Source: Candidatus Saccharimonadota bacterium
Lineage (GTDB): Bacteria > Patescibacteriota > Saccharimonadia > Saccharimonadales > UBA10212
DNA length: 64,000 nt
Reading direction: 5' to 3'
Assembly: GCA_022841445.1 (NCBI GenBank)
Contig: JALHRM010000004.1
Coordinates: 11,429 to 75,428 of the forward strand
The notes under the pieces are model-generated. The model saw nothing but the letters and a program-made list of their open reading frames with translations. It made no database searches and was not told the origin of the DNA. Positions within the stretch are counted from its first letter, which is position 1. Every line of letters begins with the position of its first letter. Of the stretch, positions 18,546 to 27,589 are shown piece after piece. The position numbers were made by a program, and so were the translations under genes.

Positions 18546-20147
18546 CTAGCCTACGACACGGTAAACTTCTTCAATAGTTGTTTCGCCGGCAATTGCTTTC
18601 AAAATACCGTCATGCAACATGGTGCGCATACCCTCTTCTACGGCTTTGTCTTGCAGCGCCGATGTAGTGACTTGAGCTGGTGGGAGTCGCAGCAATTGTT
18701 GAACGCCAGGCGTCATGCGCAACTGTTCACGGAGTGCAATTTGCCCACTGTAGCCAAAAGGCACTGCAGGGGAAGACCCAGGATTATACAGAGTAACTTC
18801 ATTAATGTTCGGTCTTTCAATTCCGGGCGGAAAAGTATCAATAATGGCCTGAAGTTGTGCTTTTAACCCGTCATCAGGCTGATAAGACTGCTTGGTACTA
18901 TCATCCAAACGACGCACCAGGCGCTGCGCCATCACCAAGTGAATTGCATTTGCGAACAACGGGTTGATACCGATTGCATCTAGCATACGAGTTAAGGCTG
19001 CTGCTGCAGAACTTGCATGAAAGGTACTTAATACTAGGTGGCCAGTTAGAGCAGCCTGCAATGACGTTTTGGCAGTATCGGCATCTCGAATCTCGCCGAC
19101 CATCACGACATCAGGGTCAAGTCGCAACACAGCCCGCAGCTTTTCTGCAAACCCCTGGTCACCAAGTTCACCGTGAACCGGTATTTGAACAACACCTGGC
19201 ATGAAATATTCCACCGGATCTTCTAATGTGATGATTTTGTTTTCGGGCGTATTTAAAGTGTTGATAAGCGAGTAAAGCGTGGTTGTCTTACCAGAACCGG
19301 TCGGCCCGACGATTAACACTAATCCGGTAGGATGCTTGATAACATCTTGAACGACTTCCATCTCATCGGGAGCAAGCCCGAGATTTTCTAATTTAAAGTA
19401 CTCCAATTTCATGTTAAACAAGCGCATCACTGCGTCCATGCCATATACCGTAGGAACTGTTTCTACACGAAGGTTAATTGTTACTTCCTCGCCAGTCGCA
19501 AGTCGATATTGAGAATGTATGTGTCCTGTTTGGGCTTCTTCAGAACCTGTTGATACATTGGCAGCGACCGCCAGGCTAGAGCTTAATTGCCGGTATTTTT
19601 CATAACTGACATGAGCTACCGGATGCAAAATACCGTCGACCCGAAAGCGTATACGAACATTGTCCTGCTGGCACTCTAGATGAATATCGCTGGCTTTGAG
19701 CTGATAGGCTTGCTGAACAAGATAAGCGAGTGTGTCATCGGATCTTACCTGGTTAAGTGTCTCCGAAACGCGGCTAATCATATCCTCGGCGCCCTCTTGG
19801 CCAGCTACTGATATATCTTCGTATTCGATCTTGGCCGGCGGATCGTACAGCCGCATATAATCATTAAACCCCGTTTCAGAAATAATCGAATAGGCGACAC
19901 GATAGTCGGAAAAGCGACCGCGAAGTGTATTAAGCACTTGCTGCGATGTGGTTGTCGTTATACCAAAATGGATATTGTGCTGATCAGCAGTTAGCGGAAT
20001 AACTCTGAATTTGTACAGTTCGTCATTCGTTAATATATCTTTATGTAGCTGCTTATCAAAAGCAGTCGTATCGACATAGTTAAGCCCCAGCACACCAGCG
20101 CGGCGTTTGGTTGCAAATTCTTCGTCTTTACGGGCATCTTGCGACAT
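18546..20147 (-). CDS. pilB: type IV pilus assembly / GspE-family secretion ATPase (PilB-like)
   Basis: 533 aa. N-terminal T2SS-E N domain, Walker A GPTGSGKTTT, Asp box, Walker B LRLDPDVVMVGEIRD and His box (LTGHLVLSTFH). Confidence 0.85.
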   Translation of the reverse strand: MSQDARKDEEFATKRRAGVLGLNYVDTTAFDKQLHKDILTNDELYKFRVIPLTADQHNIHFGITTTTSQQVLNTLRGRFSDYRVAYSIISETGFNDYMRLYDPPAKIEYEDISVAGQEGAEDMISRVSETLNQVRSDDTLAYLVQQAYQLKASDIHLECQQDNVRIRFRVDGILHPVAHVSYEKYRQLSSSLAVAANVSTGSEEAQTGHIHSQYRLATGEEVTINLRVETVPTVYGMDAVMRLFNMKLEYFKLENLGLAPDEMEVVQDVIKHPTGLVLIVGPTGSGKTTTLYSLINTLNTPENKIITLEDPVEYFMPGVVQIPVHGELGDQGFAEKLRAVLRLDPDVVMVGEIRDADTAKTSLQAALTGHLVLSTFHASSAAAALTRMLDAIGINPLFANAIHLVMAQRLVRRLDDSTKQSYQPDDGLKAQLQAIIDTFPPGIERPNINEVTLYNPGSSPAVPFGYSGQIALREQLRMTPGVQQLLRLPPAQVTTSALQDKAVEEGMRTMLHDGILKAIAGETTIEEVYRVVG

Positions 20148-20157
20148 TACAGAGCCT

Positions 20158-20163
20158 AGTATA
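20158..20163 (-). promoter_or_regulatory. -10 TATACT 10 nt upstream of pilB ATG
   Basis: The minus strand reads TATACT-aggctctgta-ATG(20147). Confidence 0.35.
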
Positions 20164-20216
20164 AACCACTAGCGTTTCGATTGCGACGCCACACGCGCTA
20201 TAGTATTCACTACTCA

Positions 20217-20717
20217 ATGCGCACAACAAAAATCCTACTTATAGTTGACAACATACGATCGGCACATAATGTTGGTGCGCTGCTACGAACAGCAGATGGG
20301 ATTGGTGTAAATGACGTCGTACTCTGCGGCATAACCCCATATCCTGCTATGGAAGACGATACTCGTCTGCCTCATATAGCAAAGAAAGTGCATCACCGCA
20401 TTCAGAAAACATCACTTGGTGCTGAGCAGTCCCAGCCATGGAAGTACTCCCCGCAAACCACTCAGGCTATTCATGAAGCAAGTACAGAGGGTTACGCTGT
20501 TGTCGCACTCGAACAAAACCAAAACAGTATCCCGCTCACGAAGTATGCGTGTAACGAAAAAATAGCAATTGTTATCGGTAACGAGGTTGATGGGGTGTCG
20601 CCGGAGGTGCTTGAAGCATGTGATAGCATCATCGAAATACCGATGCTAGGTAAAAAAGAGTCTTTTAACGTGGTCGAAGCTGCGACAATGGCGTTATTTT
20701 ATTTTCGACACTTCTGA
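20217..20717 (+). CDS. TrmH/SpoU-family RNA 2'-O-methyltransferase
   Basis: SpoU methylase blocks NVGALLRTADG, IVIGNEVDGVS and IPMLGKKESFNVVEAATMALF. The ORF-track start is TTG 20181. The first ATG (20217) follows TATAGT by 12 nt. Confidence 0.8.
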   Translation: MRTTKILLIVDNIRSAHNVGALLRTADGIGVNDVVLCGITPYPAMEDDTRLPHIAKKVHHRIQKTSLGAEQSQPWKYSPQTTQAIHEASTEGYAVVALEQNQNSIPLTKYACNEKIAIVIGNEVDGVSPEVLEACDSIIEIPMLGKKESFNVVEAATMALFYFRHF

Positions 20718-20760
20718 TAGGATTTGCCAAATATAGCATCAATAGCTTTAATTAGTATGT

Positions 20761-21855
20761 ATGCCTCAAAAACATAAACACAATTTGCAGCACCATCGCA
20801 GACATCACAAGCCAAAGGGTGTCACAAAAAAAGCATATGACAATACCTACTGGCCATTTTTGCCTGTTGCGCTTATTGTCGCTCTCCTACTTGCTATAAG
20901 TCCAATGGGTCAACGGCACACCGCCGCTCGAACTAGCCTACCAAGAATACCCGGCAAAGTACTTGCCTATGCATCATCAATGAGCATTTCTGGCTTGGTG
21001 TCACAAACCAATACACAGCGAAGCGCAAACGGTGCAGCAGCACTTACTAATAATGGCCAGTTAAACGCAGCTGCCCAAAGTAAGGCCAATGATATGGCGA
21101 CGCGCAACTACTGGAGTCACAATACCCCTGAAGGCAGCCCTCCGTGGATATTCGTGAGTGCGCAAGGATACTCCTACCAAAAAATTGGTGAAAATCTGGC
21201 AGCTGGATTCTCAGATGAGGCCGCAACCATCAACGGCTGGATGAACAGTGCTGGTCACCGAGCCAACATGCTGGATACGAACTTTACAGAAGTAGGCTTT
21301 GGATTTGCCAACAACGCAAACTACACAAGCGCCGGAGGCGGACCTATGACGATTGTCGTTGCCTTCTATGGCAAGCCTGCCGGTGCCCCTCAACCCGCGA
21401 GCCCGCCCCCTGCCCCTGCACCGGCTCCACCCCCTGCGCCAACTGCCGCACCCGCAGAAGCACTAAGCACCACACCTGCAGAGACTACCCCAACCCCAGC
21501 TACACCTCCTATACCAGAACCAGCGCCCACGCAGCCTGAAGCAAGCGATGAAAGCACGGAGAACTCCGCAGTGACAACTTCCAGTCCCCCTGGAGCAGAA
21601 CCGCCAACCCAGGAAACTTCTCAGCTACAGACCATTATTGCAGACCCCACCTTAGCCTCATTTGGTGTCAGTGCCCTATCTATCGGGATGGTGCTCGCTG
21701 CTGGAATATGGGTCAGTCGACATGCCCTAAGATTTCGCCGTCTAGTACGGAAAGGTGAAAAATTCGTTGTACATCATCCGATACTTGATATTGCGGTACT
21801 TGCGCTTATCGCACTGGCTTTTGCTATGACCCAAACCGCCGGACTCATTAAATAG
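20761..21855 (+). CDS. membrane-anchored CAP/SCP (PR-1-like) domain protein with Pro/Ala-rich linker
   Basis: 364 aa. His/Lys-rich N-terminus, then a TM helix. CAP-domain blocks NYWSHNTPEGSPPW, GENLAAGF, GWMNSAGHRANML and FTEVGFG. A ~90-aa P/A/T-rich linker follows, then two predicted C-terminal TM helices. Confidence 0.7.
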   Translation: MPQKHKHNLQHHRRHHKPKGVTKKAYDNTYWPFLPVALIVALLLAISPMGQRHTAARTSLPRIPGKVLAYASSMSISGLVSQTNTQRSANGAAALTNNGQLNAAAQSKANDMATRNYWSHNTPEGSPPWIFVSAQGYSYQKIGENLAAGFSDEAATINGWMNSAGHRANMLDTNFTEVGFGFANNANYTSAGGGPMTIVVAFYGKPAGAPQPASPPPAPAPAPPPAPTAAPAEALSTTPAETTPTPATPPIPEPAPTQPEASDESTENSAVTTSSPPGAEPPTQETSQLQTIIADPTLASFGVSALSIGMVLAAGIWVSRHALRFRRLVRKGEKFVVHHPILDIAVLALIALAFAMTQTAGLIK

Positions 21856-21868
21856 AGACTCCGTTTTA

Positions 21869-24800
21869 CTATCTAACAGCTACGTTTTCCTTGCCGAACG
21901 TAGCTTCTAATTTTGAACGGCTTTCATCATTCAAGTTAATTTTCTGGGGAAGCTTAATCGCTTGACGTTGGTCACTTAGCCCGGATACAAGCACAACTTC
22001 AGTATTGCCGCTGTGTAAATCCAGTATTGATTTTAATGTCACAAGCACGGTTTGATTACTATTATCCATATAGCGTATGTACAGTTTAGGCCGAGAGTTC
22101 AGTGGTGCAGCCTGACCTTTCAAACCAGGCGCAGAAGGTCCAGCGCCGGTAGGCTGATACGATTCTGCATAGTCGACGTTTATTAGAGATGCGCTGTCGG
22201 CCAGTATTTTAACGCTATTCTCTCGATTACCATCACGGTCTTCGCTGGTTATTGTTCCTCGAACAGTGACGAGCTGGTCACGCTGCCATATATCAGGTGT
22301 TTCTTTGTATAAATTAGGAAACACCGTGACTTCTACCTCACCACTTAGATCAGACAACATTATAAAGGCCATTTTCTGACCTCTTTTCGTCGTGAGTTCT
22401 CGTACACTACTAATCGACCCGCCGATACTAACTGATTTACCGTGCATATCAACACCGATATCACGCAGCGGCCAAGTATGTTCACGCAAATAATCAGCAA
22501 AGTCCTCTAAGGGGTGACGGCTAACATACAGTCCGAGCAATTCTCTCTCCCAATTTAAGTAATGTCGATTGCTACCTGTAGGTTTTTCGTCTGATACGAC
22601 AACATGAAATGAGCTTTGTATCTCGCTGCCGCCGAACATACCAAGCTGCCCACTAGCCTTTTCTTTTTGAGCCCTTGAAGCTTGCAGCAAAATACTATCA
22701 ACCGCCCGTAGCAGGGAATCACGATTGGAGAAGCGATCAAAGGCACCCGTCTTTATTAGACTTTCTAGTGATTTACGGTTGAGCGCATTGAATGGTACCG
22801 AGCTACAAAAATCTTCTATACTGCCAAATTCTCCATGCGCTTCTCGTGCTTGGATGATTTCTTCAACAGCAGAGCGGCCAACATTTTTTATGGCATCGAG
22901 TCCAAAACGGATGTCGGAGCGCACATTTTTTTTGTTTGGCACTACCCCAAATTCATGAAATGATTCATTTATGTCCGGGGGTAGCACGTTTATGCCCATG
23001 TTCTTGCATTCGGAGATTTCTACTGCCAATCGATCAATATCATCATAGTCACTAGTCATTAGAGCTGCCATAAATGCACTTGGGTAATGTGCTTTTAGAT
23101 ACGCTGTTTGGTAGGCTATCAGTGCATAGCAAGCAGCGTGGCTTTTATTAAAAGAATAGTCAGCAAATGGTTGAATAAGTGCCCAAAGCTCATTAGCCTG
23201 ATCTTTATTAAGTCCCTGCTTGAGGCATCCTTCGATAAATTTTGGCTCTTCGGCTTTCATGATTTCACGTTTTTTCTTACCAATCGCTTTTCTAACCAGA
23301 TCAGCCTGACCTGGTGTGTAACCGGCAATAAGCTGCAGCATAGCGATAATTTGTTCCTGATAAACCAGGACACCGAAGGTATTTTTTAATATTGGCTTGA
23401 GGCTGGGATGTAAGAACTCAACGCCACTTGGATTATTTTTGCCTTTGATGAACCTGGGTATTTCTGCCATTGGGCCTGGTCGATATAGCGATACCATTGC
23501 AATGATGTCATCAAATACTGTTGGCTTAAGCTCCTTGAGGTAGCGTTTCATGCCTGCCGACTCCAGCTGGAATACTCCTGTAGTAAGCCCCTTCTGCAAC
23601 AGCTCAAATGTCACCTTGTCATCCAGTGGAATAGTTGCTACATTGATATCTTTTCCATATACACGTTCAATAATTCGTAAGCAATTTTTAATAATTGTAA
23701 GGTTGGAAAGACCTAGAAAATCCATTTTTAGCAAACCGAGGTCTTCCACTGGTCCCATGGAATACTGCGTTGAAACAACACCTTTTTGAGCCATTTCCAG
23801 CGGTGTGAATCCTACAATATCATCAGGAGCGATAACCACACCTGCAGCGTGCACACCGTGACTGCGAATTGTACCTTCAAGCTTTTGAGCAAGATCAAAG
23901 ACGCGTTTGTTTTGGTCACTGTCGCTGTACGCTTGTTTCAGATCTTGATTCTTTTTAAGTGATTCTTTGAGTGGAATATGTCGACCTTGCACAGGAGGAG
24001 GAATCATTTTAGCCAGACGATCGGCATCAATGTAGGGGACTTCTAGTACACGCGCGACATCACGTACCGCATTCCGAGCCGCCATACGCCCAAACGTGAC
24101 AATGTTTGCAACTCTTTCTCGGCCATATTTTTCCACACAGTATTCTATTACTTCATCCCTGCGGGTATCTTGTATATCAATATCAATGTCCGGCATAGCG
24201 ATACGATCAGGATTTAAAAACCGCTCAAATAGGAGGTCATAGGTCATAGGATCTAGCTCAGTTATGCGAATGGCGTAGCATATGATCGATCCAGCCGCAC
24301 TGCCTCGCCCGGGCCCGAAAACAATGCCACGGTTTTTACCCCATATAATAAAATCAGATACGATCAGAAGATAACCGTTGAATCCCATCGAATCTATAAC
24401 GCTCAGTTCATACTCGGCTCGCTCGATAATTTTTTGCTGAAGCTTTTTCTTGCAATCAGCAATTGACAATTTTTCAGCAATATCTTGGCTAACGCTGCTG
24501 TAGCGCCAGACAAGTCCCTGCCATACTTTCTTATGAAGAAAGCTTTTCTCGGATTCTCCTTTCGGTACCGGAAACTTAGGTATCAGTATGTTTCCGATGT
24601 CAAGCGTTACGTTGCAACGGTCCGCGATAGCTTTAGTATTGGTAATTGCATCCGGATAGTCCGCTCCCCAGCGCTTGATCACATCTTTCGGATCCGCGAC
24701 ATGGAGTTCAAGATGTTTGAGGCTAAAGCGATCGGCATCATTCAAAAAAGATCCTGTTTGGACACACAATAGTATTTCGTGAGCTTCTTGATCTTCATGC

Positions 24801-25474
24801 CTCAGATAGTGCGCATCACTAGCAACAACCTTGGGAATCGACAACTCCTCGGCAATTTTAAGCAAGTCCTTATTAACTCGTTGCTGGAGTGCCCATGTTG
24901 TAGGATGGTCCGGATGCCCATGATCGGCTAATTCTATGTAGTACCGATCAGCGAATGTTTCTTTGTACCAGGCAGCTGTCTGCAGTGCTTGGTCGTACTG
25001 CTCCTGCTGCAAGGCTTCACCAAGCTCACTTCCCAAACAGCCGCTCAAAACGATCAATCCTTCATTATATTTTTTAAGCAGTTGCCGATCAATGCGTGGT
25101 CGATAATAAAATCCGTCCAGGTGTGCCATAGTAGAAAGACGCATTAAATTCTGGTAGCCGGTGTTATTCATGGCTAAAAGTGTGAGGTGGAAATACTGTC
25201 GATCTTTACTTGAGTCTTTATCCATATAGCCGCGAGGTGCGACATAAGCTTCCATGCCGATAATCGGCTTTATACCTGAACTTGTGGCCGCTTTATAAAA
25301 CTCGATTGCCCCGCTCATCGTGCCGTGATCAGTGATAGCCACTGCTTCCATGCCCTTGGACGCTACATACTCCATTAACTCAGGTACTTTAGTGAGGCCA
25401 TCAAGTAGGCTGTACTGAGTGTGGTTGTGCAGGTGCACAAAATCCACCGGTTTCGGTTTTTTTGTCGTCTTCAC
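21869..25474 (-). CDS. dnaE: DNA polymerase III subunit alpha
   Basis: 1201 aa. N-terminal PHP domain (FVHLHNHTQYSLLDG), Pol IIIalpha palm/fingers (FNKSHAACYALIAYQTAYLK), HhH and OB-fold regions. GTG start. Confidence 0.95.
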   Translation of the reverse strand: MKTTKKPKPVDFVHLHNHTQYSLLDGLTKVPELMEYVASKGMEAVAITDHGTMSGAIEFYKAATSSGIKPIIGMEAYVAPRGYMDKDSSKDRQYFHLTLLAMNNTGYQNLMRLSTMAHLDGFYYRPRIDRQLLKKYNEGLIVLSGCLGSELGEALQQEQYDQALQTAAWYKETFADRYYIELADHGHPDHPTTWALQQRVNKDLLKIAEELSIPKVVASDAHYLRHEDQEAHEILLCVQTGSFLNDADRFSLKHLELHVADPKDVIKRWGADYPDAITNTKAIADRCNVTLDIGNILIPKFPVPKGESEKSFLHKKVWQGLVWRYSSVSQDIAEKLSIADCKKKLQQKIIERAEYELSVIDSMGFNGYLLIVSDFIIWGKNRGIVFGPGRGSAAGSIICYAIRITELDPMTYDLLFERFLNPDRIAMPDIDIDIQDTRRDEVIEYCVEKYGRERVANIVTFGRMAARNAVRDVARVLEVPYIDADRLAKMIPPPVQGRHIPLKESLKKNQDLKQAYSDSDQNKRVFDLAQKLEGTIRSHGVHAAGVVIAPDDIVGFTPLEMAQKGVVSTQYSMGPVEDLGLLKMDFLGLSNLTIIKNCLRIIERVYGKDINVATIPLDDKVTFELLQKGLTTGVFQLESAGMKRYLKELKPTVFDDIIAMVSLYRPGPMAEIPRFIKGKNNPSGVEFLHPSLKPILKNTFGVLVYQEQIIAMLQLIAGYTPGQADLVRKAIGKKKREIMKAEEPKFIEGCLKQGLNKDQANELWALIQPFADYSFNKSHAACYALIAYQTAYLKAHYPSAFMAALMTSDYDDIDRLAVEISECKNMGINVLPPDINESFHEFGVVPNKKNVRSDIRFGLDAIKNVGRSAVEEIIQAREAHGEFGSIEDFCSSVPFNALNRKSLESLIKTGAFDRFSNRDSLLRAVDSILLQASRAQKEKASGQLGMFGGSEIQSSFHVVVSDEKPTGSNRHYLNWERELLGLYVSRHPLEDFADYLREHTWPLRDIGVDMHGKSVSIGGSISSVRELTTKRGQKMAFIMLSDLSGEVEVTVFPNLYKETPDIWQRDQLVTVRGTITSEDRDGNRENSVKILADSASLINVDYAESYQPTGAGPSAPGLKGQAAPLNSRPKLYIRYMDNSNQTVLVTLKSILDLHSGNTEVVLVSGLSDQRQAIKLPQKINLNDESRSKLEATFGKENVAVR

Positions 25475-25484
25475 TTCTTAAAGT

Positions 25485-25490
25485 ATTATA
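25485..25490 (-). promoter_or_regulatory. consensus -10 TATAAT 10 nt upstream of dnaE GTG
   Basis: The minus strand reads TATAAT-actttaagaa-GTG(25474). Confidence 0.4.
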
Positions 25491-25528
25491 TAGCAAACCC
25501 AACCGTGCTACACTGCTAGCAATTAGTT

Positions 25529-25984
25529 ATGTCTAAACCAGTAGACCAGCGATATTACGCAACGCTCGCTATAGTCTGTCATGCGGCAGTTATTGCTCCT
25601 GATAATTCAATACTGCTTCTCAGGCGCAGTCAAAGCGTTGTACGGCCAGGTGTCTGGGATTTACCTGGTGGTATGTGGGAAGGTCCATTAGAGTCCTTGC
25701 AAGAGGGTTTACTGCGTGAAGTAAAGGAAGAGGTCGGTCTCACCATTTTTGATTGCCAGTTAACGCAGGCGGTGCCTGATTTAGAAAATACAATTGAAAA
25801 TAGATTATGGCTTTCTTATACCGCACGATGCCGCTCAAAGCAGGTAACCTTGAGTGAAGAACATGACGATTACATTTGGGTGACTCGCGAAACGTTAGCC
25901 AACTATTCTCTGCCACATGTATGGCAAATTACGCTACGTATAGCCCTTGATTTGATGAAATATCAAACCATGTCGGTCAAATAG
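25529..25984 (+). CDS. NUDIX hydrolase
   Basis: 151 aa containing the Nudix box GGMWEGPLESLQEGLLREVKEEVGL. Confidence 0.8.
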   Translation: MSKPVDQRYYATLAIVCHAAVIAPDNSILLLRRSQSVVRPGVWDLPGGMWEGPLESLQEGLLREVKEEVGLTIFDCQLTQAVPDLENTIENRLWLSYTARCRSKQVTLSEEHDDYIWVTRETLANYSLPHVWQITLRIALDLMKYQTMSVK

Positions 25985-26005
25985 TAAACCTACCTGGTTC
26001 GGGGA

Positions 26006-26416
26006 CTACTTTTTTAAAAATGAACTGAGGTGTTGCAAGGCTGATTTTGCTTCATTGATGGCAACTTGCAGATCATCATCCTTCGGATCACTCTTTAGGG
26101 CTTTGACCTTCTCACCAGCTTTTGTTTGTGCTTTTTTAGCAGTTTCAAGAGCATCATTCAATTCTTTTTTTGCTATGTCGCTGAGTTCGGCAGCTTTGTC
26201 TTTTGCACGCTTAGATAGCTGATCGAATTCTTTACGCAATGCCTCAGCTTGCTTCTCGGCTTCTTTTTTGGTTTTTATGGCCTTGTCCTTGATGTCCTTG
26301 CGTGTTTCCTTGCCGGATTTAGGAGCAGTCAACACTCCAGCAACATACCCAGCAGCGGCAGCTAGTGTGGCACCAATTAAAACTTTCCTACCTGTATGAT
26401 TACTGTTGTCTGCCAT
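26006..26416 (-). CDS. YtxH-like membrane-anchored Lys/Glu-rich helical protein
   Basis: TM helix (VLIGATLAAAAGYVAGVL), the APKSGKETRKDIKDK motif and a long charged helix, which as I recall is the YtxH pattern. ATG 26416 is coupled to the upstream stop (TAG at 26418-26420) and preceded by GAAGGGAAA. The ORF-track start at 26461 is probably too long. Confidence 0.6.
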   Translation of the reverse strand: MADNSNHTGRKVLIGATLAAAAGYVAGVLTAPKSGKETRKDIKDKAIKTKKEAEKQAEALRKEFDQLSKRAKDKAAELSDIAKKELNDALETAKKAQTKAGEKVKALKSDPKDDDLQVAINEAKSALQHLSSFLKK

Positions 26417-26417
26417 A

Positions 26418-26672
26418 CTATTTTCCCTTCTTATTGGTGACTGTTTCGACAATTTTAGCAAATGATTTGAACAGCGCTACAGCAGGCGTAGTTCGCTCAA
26501 AAAACGAGGCGGCCGATTCGACTGAATCAATAACATGTTCAGCCTTGCTCGTAAGCCGCTTGATGTCACGCAACACCTTCATTATGAGAATCAGTACCAT
26601 AATAAGTACGATGAGAAATACACTCAGTACGGCAGAGACTATAATTAGCAGCAGATCTGCGGCGTTTTCCAT
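26418..26672 (-). CDS. small membrane protein (DUF948-like), partner of the YtxH-like gene
   Basis: N-terminal TM helix (LLLIIVSAVLSVFLIVLIMVLIL) followed by a short helical region. Small membrane protein + YtxH pairs are, as I recall, common in Gram-positives. ATG 26672 is preferred over TTG 26681. Confidence 0.5.
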   Translation of the reverse strand: MENAADLLLIIVSAVLSVFLIVLIMVLILIMKVLRDIKRLTSKAEHVIDSVESAASFFERTTPAVALFKSFAKIVETVTNKKGK

Positions 26673-26683
26673 ATATATCAATT

Positions 26684-26689
26684 ATTATA
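26684..26689 (-). promoter_or_regulatory. consensus -10 TATAAT 11 nt upstream of the DUF948-like/YtxH-like pair
   Basis: The minus strand reads TATAAT-aattgatatat-ATG(26672). Confidence 0.35.
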
Positions 26690-26692
26690 CGC

Positions 26693-27589
26693 CTACAGAT
26701 CAAGGGTGCGCAAATAGGCGGCAAAGTCGTCTTTTATATCATCTCGCATTAATGCAAAATCTACCACAGTTTTAAGATACTCCAACTTGTTACCGGCATC
26801 ATAGTAATGTCCGTCCTTAACTTCATAGGCTAGAATACGCTGGCCATCGTCTATCATCTTCCGTAACGCGTCGTTATACCATAGCTCATTACCTTCAATT
26901 AATTCTGCCTGGGCTTGATGCAAATAACCAAATATATCGGGGGTAAAAACAAACCCACTCACATTCGCCAGATTACTCGGAGCACTCTCTTTTCCGGGTT
27001 TTTCTATGATTCGATCAACATCTATTAGGCCGTCCCTTAACGTTTCTCCGCCAGCGAATCCATACCTATCGTAATCCATATCACTGTTGGCGCGAATACT
27101 TGCCAATACCGAGCAACCAAATTCATCATAAACGCTAATAAGCTGCTGGAACCTGCTTGGTGACGCCTTAATAAAATCATCGCTCCATGTATAGATAAAA
27201 GGCTCGTCTCCAATTAGATGTTCAGCATTAAGTAGTGGAGTTCCGTTACCATAAGGCCCTTTTTGGCGCACATACACAAAGTTTGCTAAATTTCCGACTT
27301 TTTTGGTCTCCTCTAATAATGATGCTTTACTTTCTCCGCCCTGTTTTAAGTTAGCTATAAGATCTTGGCTAGGCGCATCAAAGTGATCTTCAATGCTTCG
27401 TTTACTGTAGCCACTAACAATAATAATATCTTCAATGCCGGCCTCTACTAGCTCTTCAACTACATATTGAATAATAGGCTTGTCGACGATCGGCAGCATT
27501 TCTTTTGGCATGGCTTTTGTTTGCGGTAAAAAGCGTGTACCAAATCCAGCTGCCGCTATGACCGCTTTGCGAATTTTTCTATCTGCCAC
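26693..27589 (-). CDS. galU: UTP--glucose-1-phosphate uridylyltransferase (paralog 1)
   Basis: 298 aa. KAVIAAAGFGTRFLPQTKAMPKEMLPIVDKPIIQYVVEE nucleotidyltransferase signature and C-terminal YDAGNKLEYLK. Confidence 0.85.
   Translation of the reverse strand: MADRKIRKAVIAAAGFGTRFLPQTKAMPKEMLPIVDKPIIQYVVEELVEAGIEDIIIVSGYSKRSIEDHFDAPSQDLIANLKQGGESKASLLEETKKVGNLANFVYVRQKGPYGNGTPLLNAEHLIGDEPFIYTWSDDFIKASPSRFQQLISVYDEFGCSVLASIRANSDMDYDRYGFAGGETLRDGLIDVDRIIEKPGKESAPSNLANVSGFVFTPDIFGYLHQAQAELIEGNELWYNDALRKMIDDGQRILAYEVKDGHYYDAGNKLEYLKTVVDFALMRDDIKDDFAAYLRTLDL

Noticed and set aside
21390-21560. Repetitive CCN/GCN-rich DNA that looks like a tandem repeat
   Set aside because: It is the in-frame coding sequence for the Pro/Ala/Thr-rich linker of the CAP-domain protein. 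The repeats are imperfect codon-level low complexity, not a structured DNA repeat.
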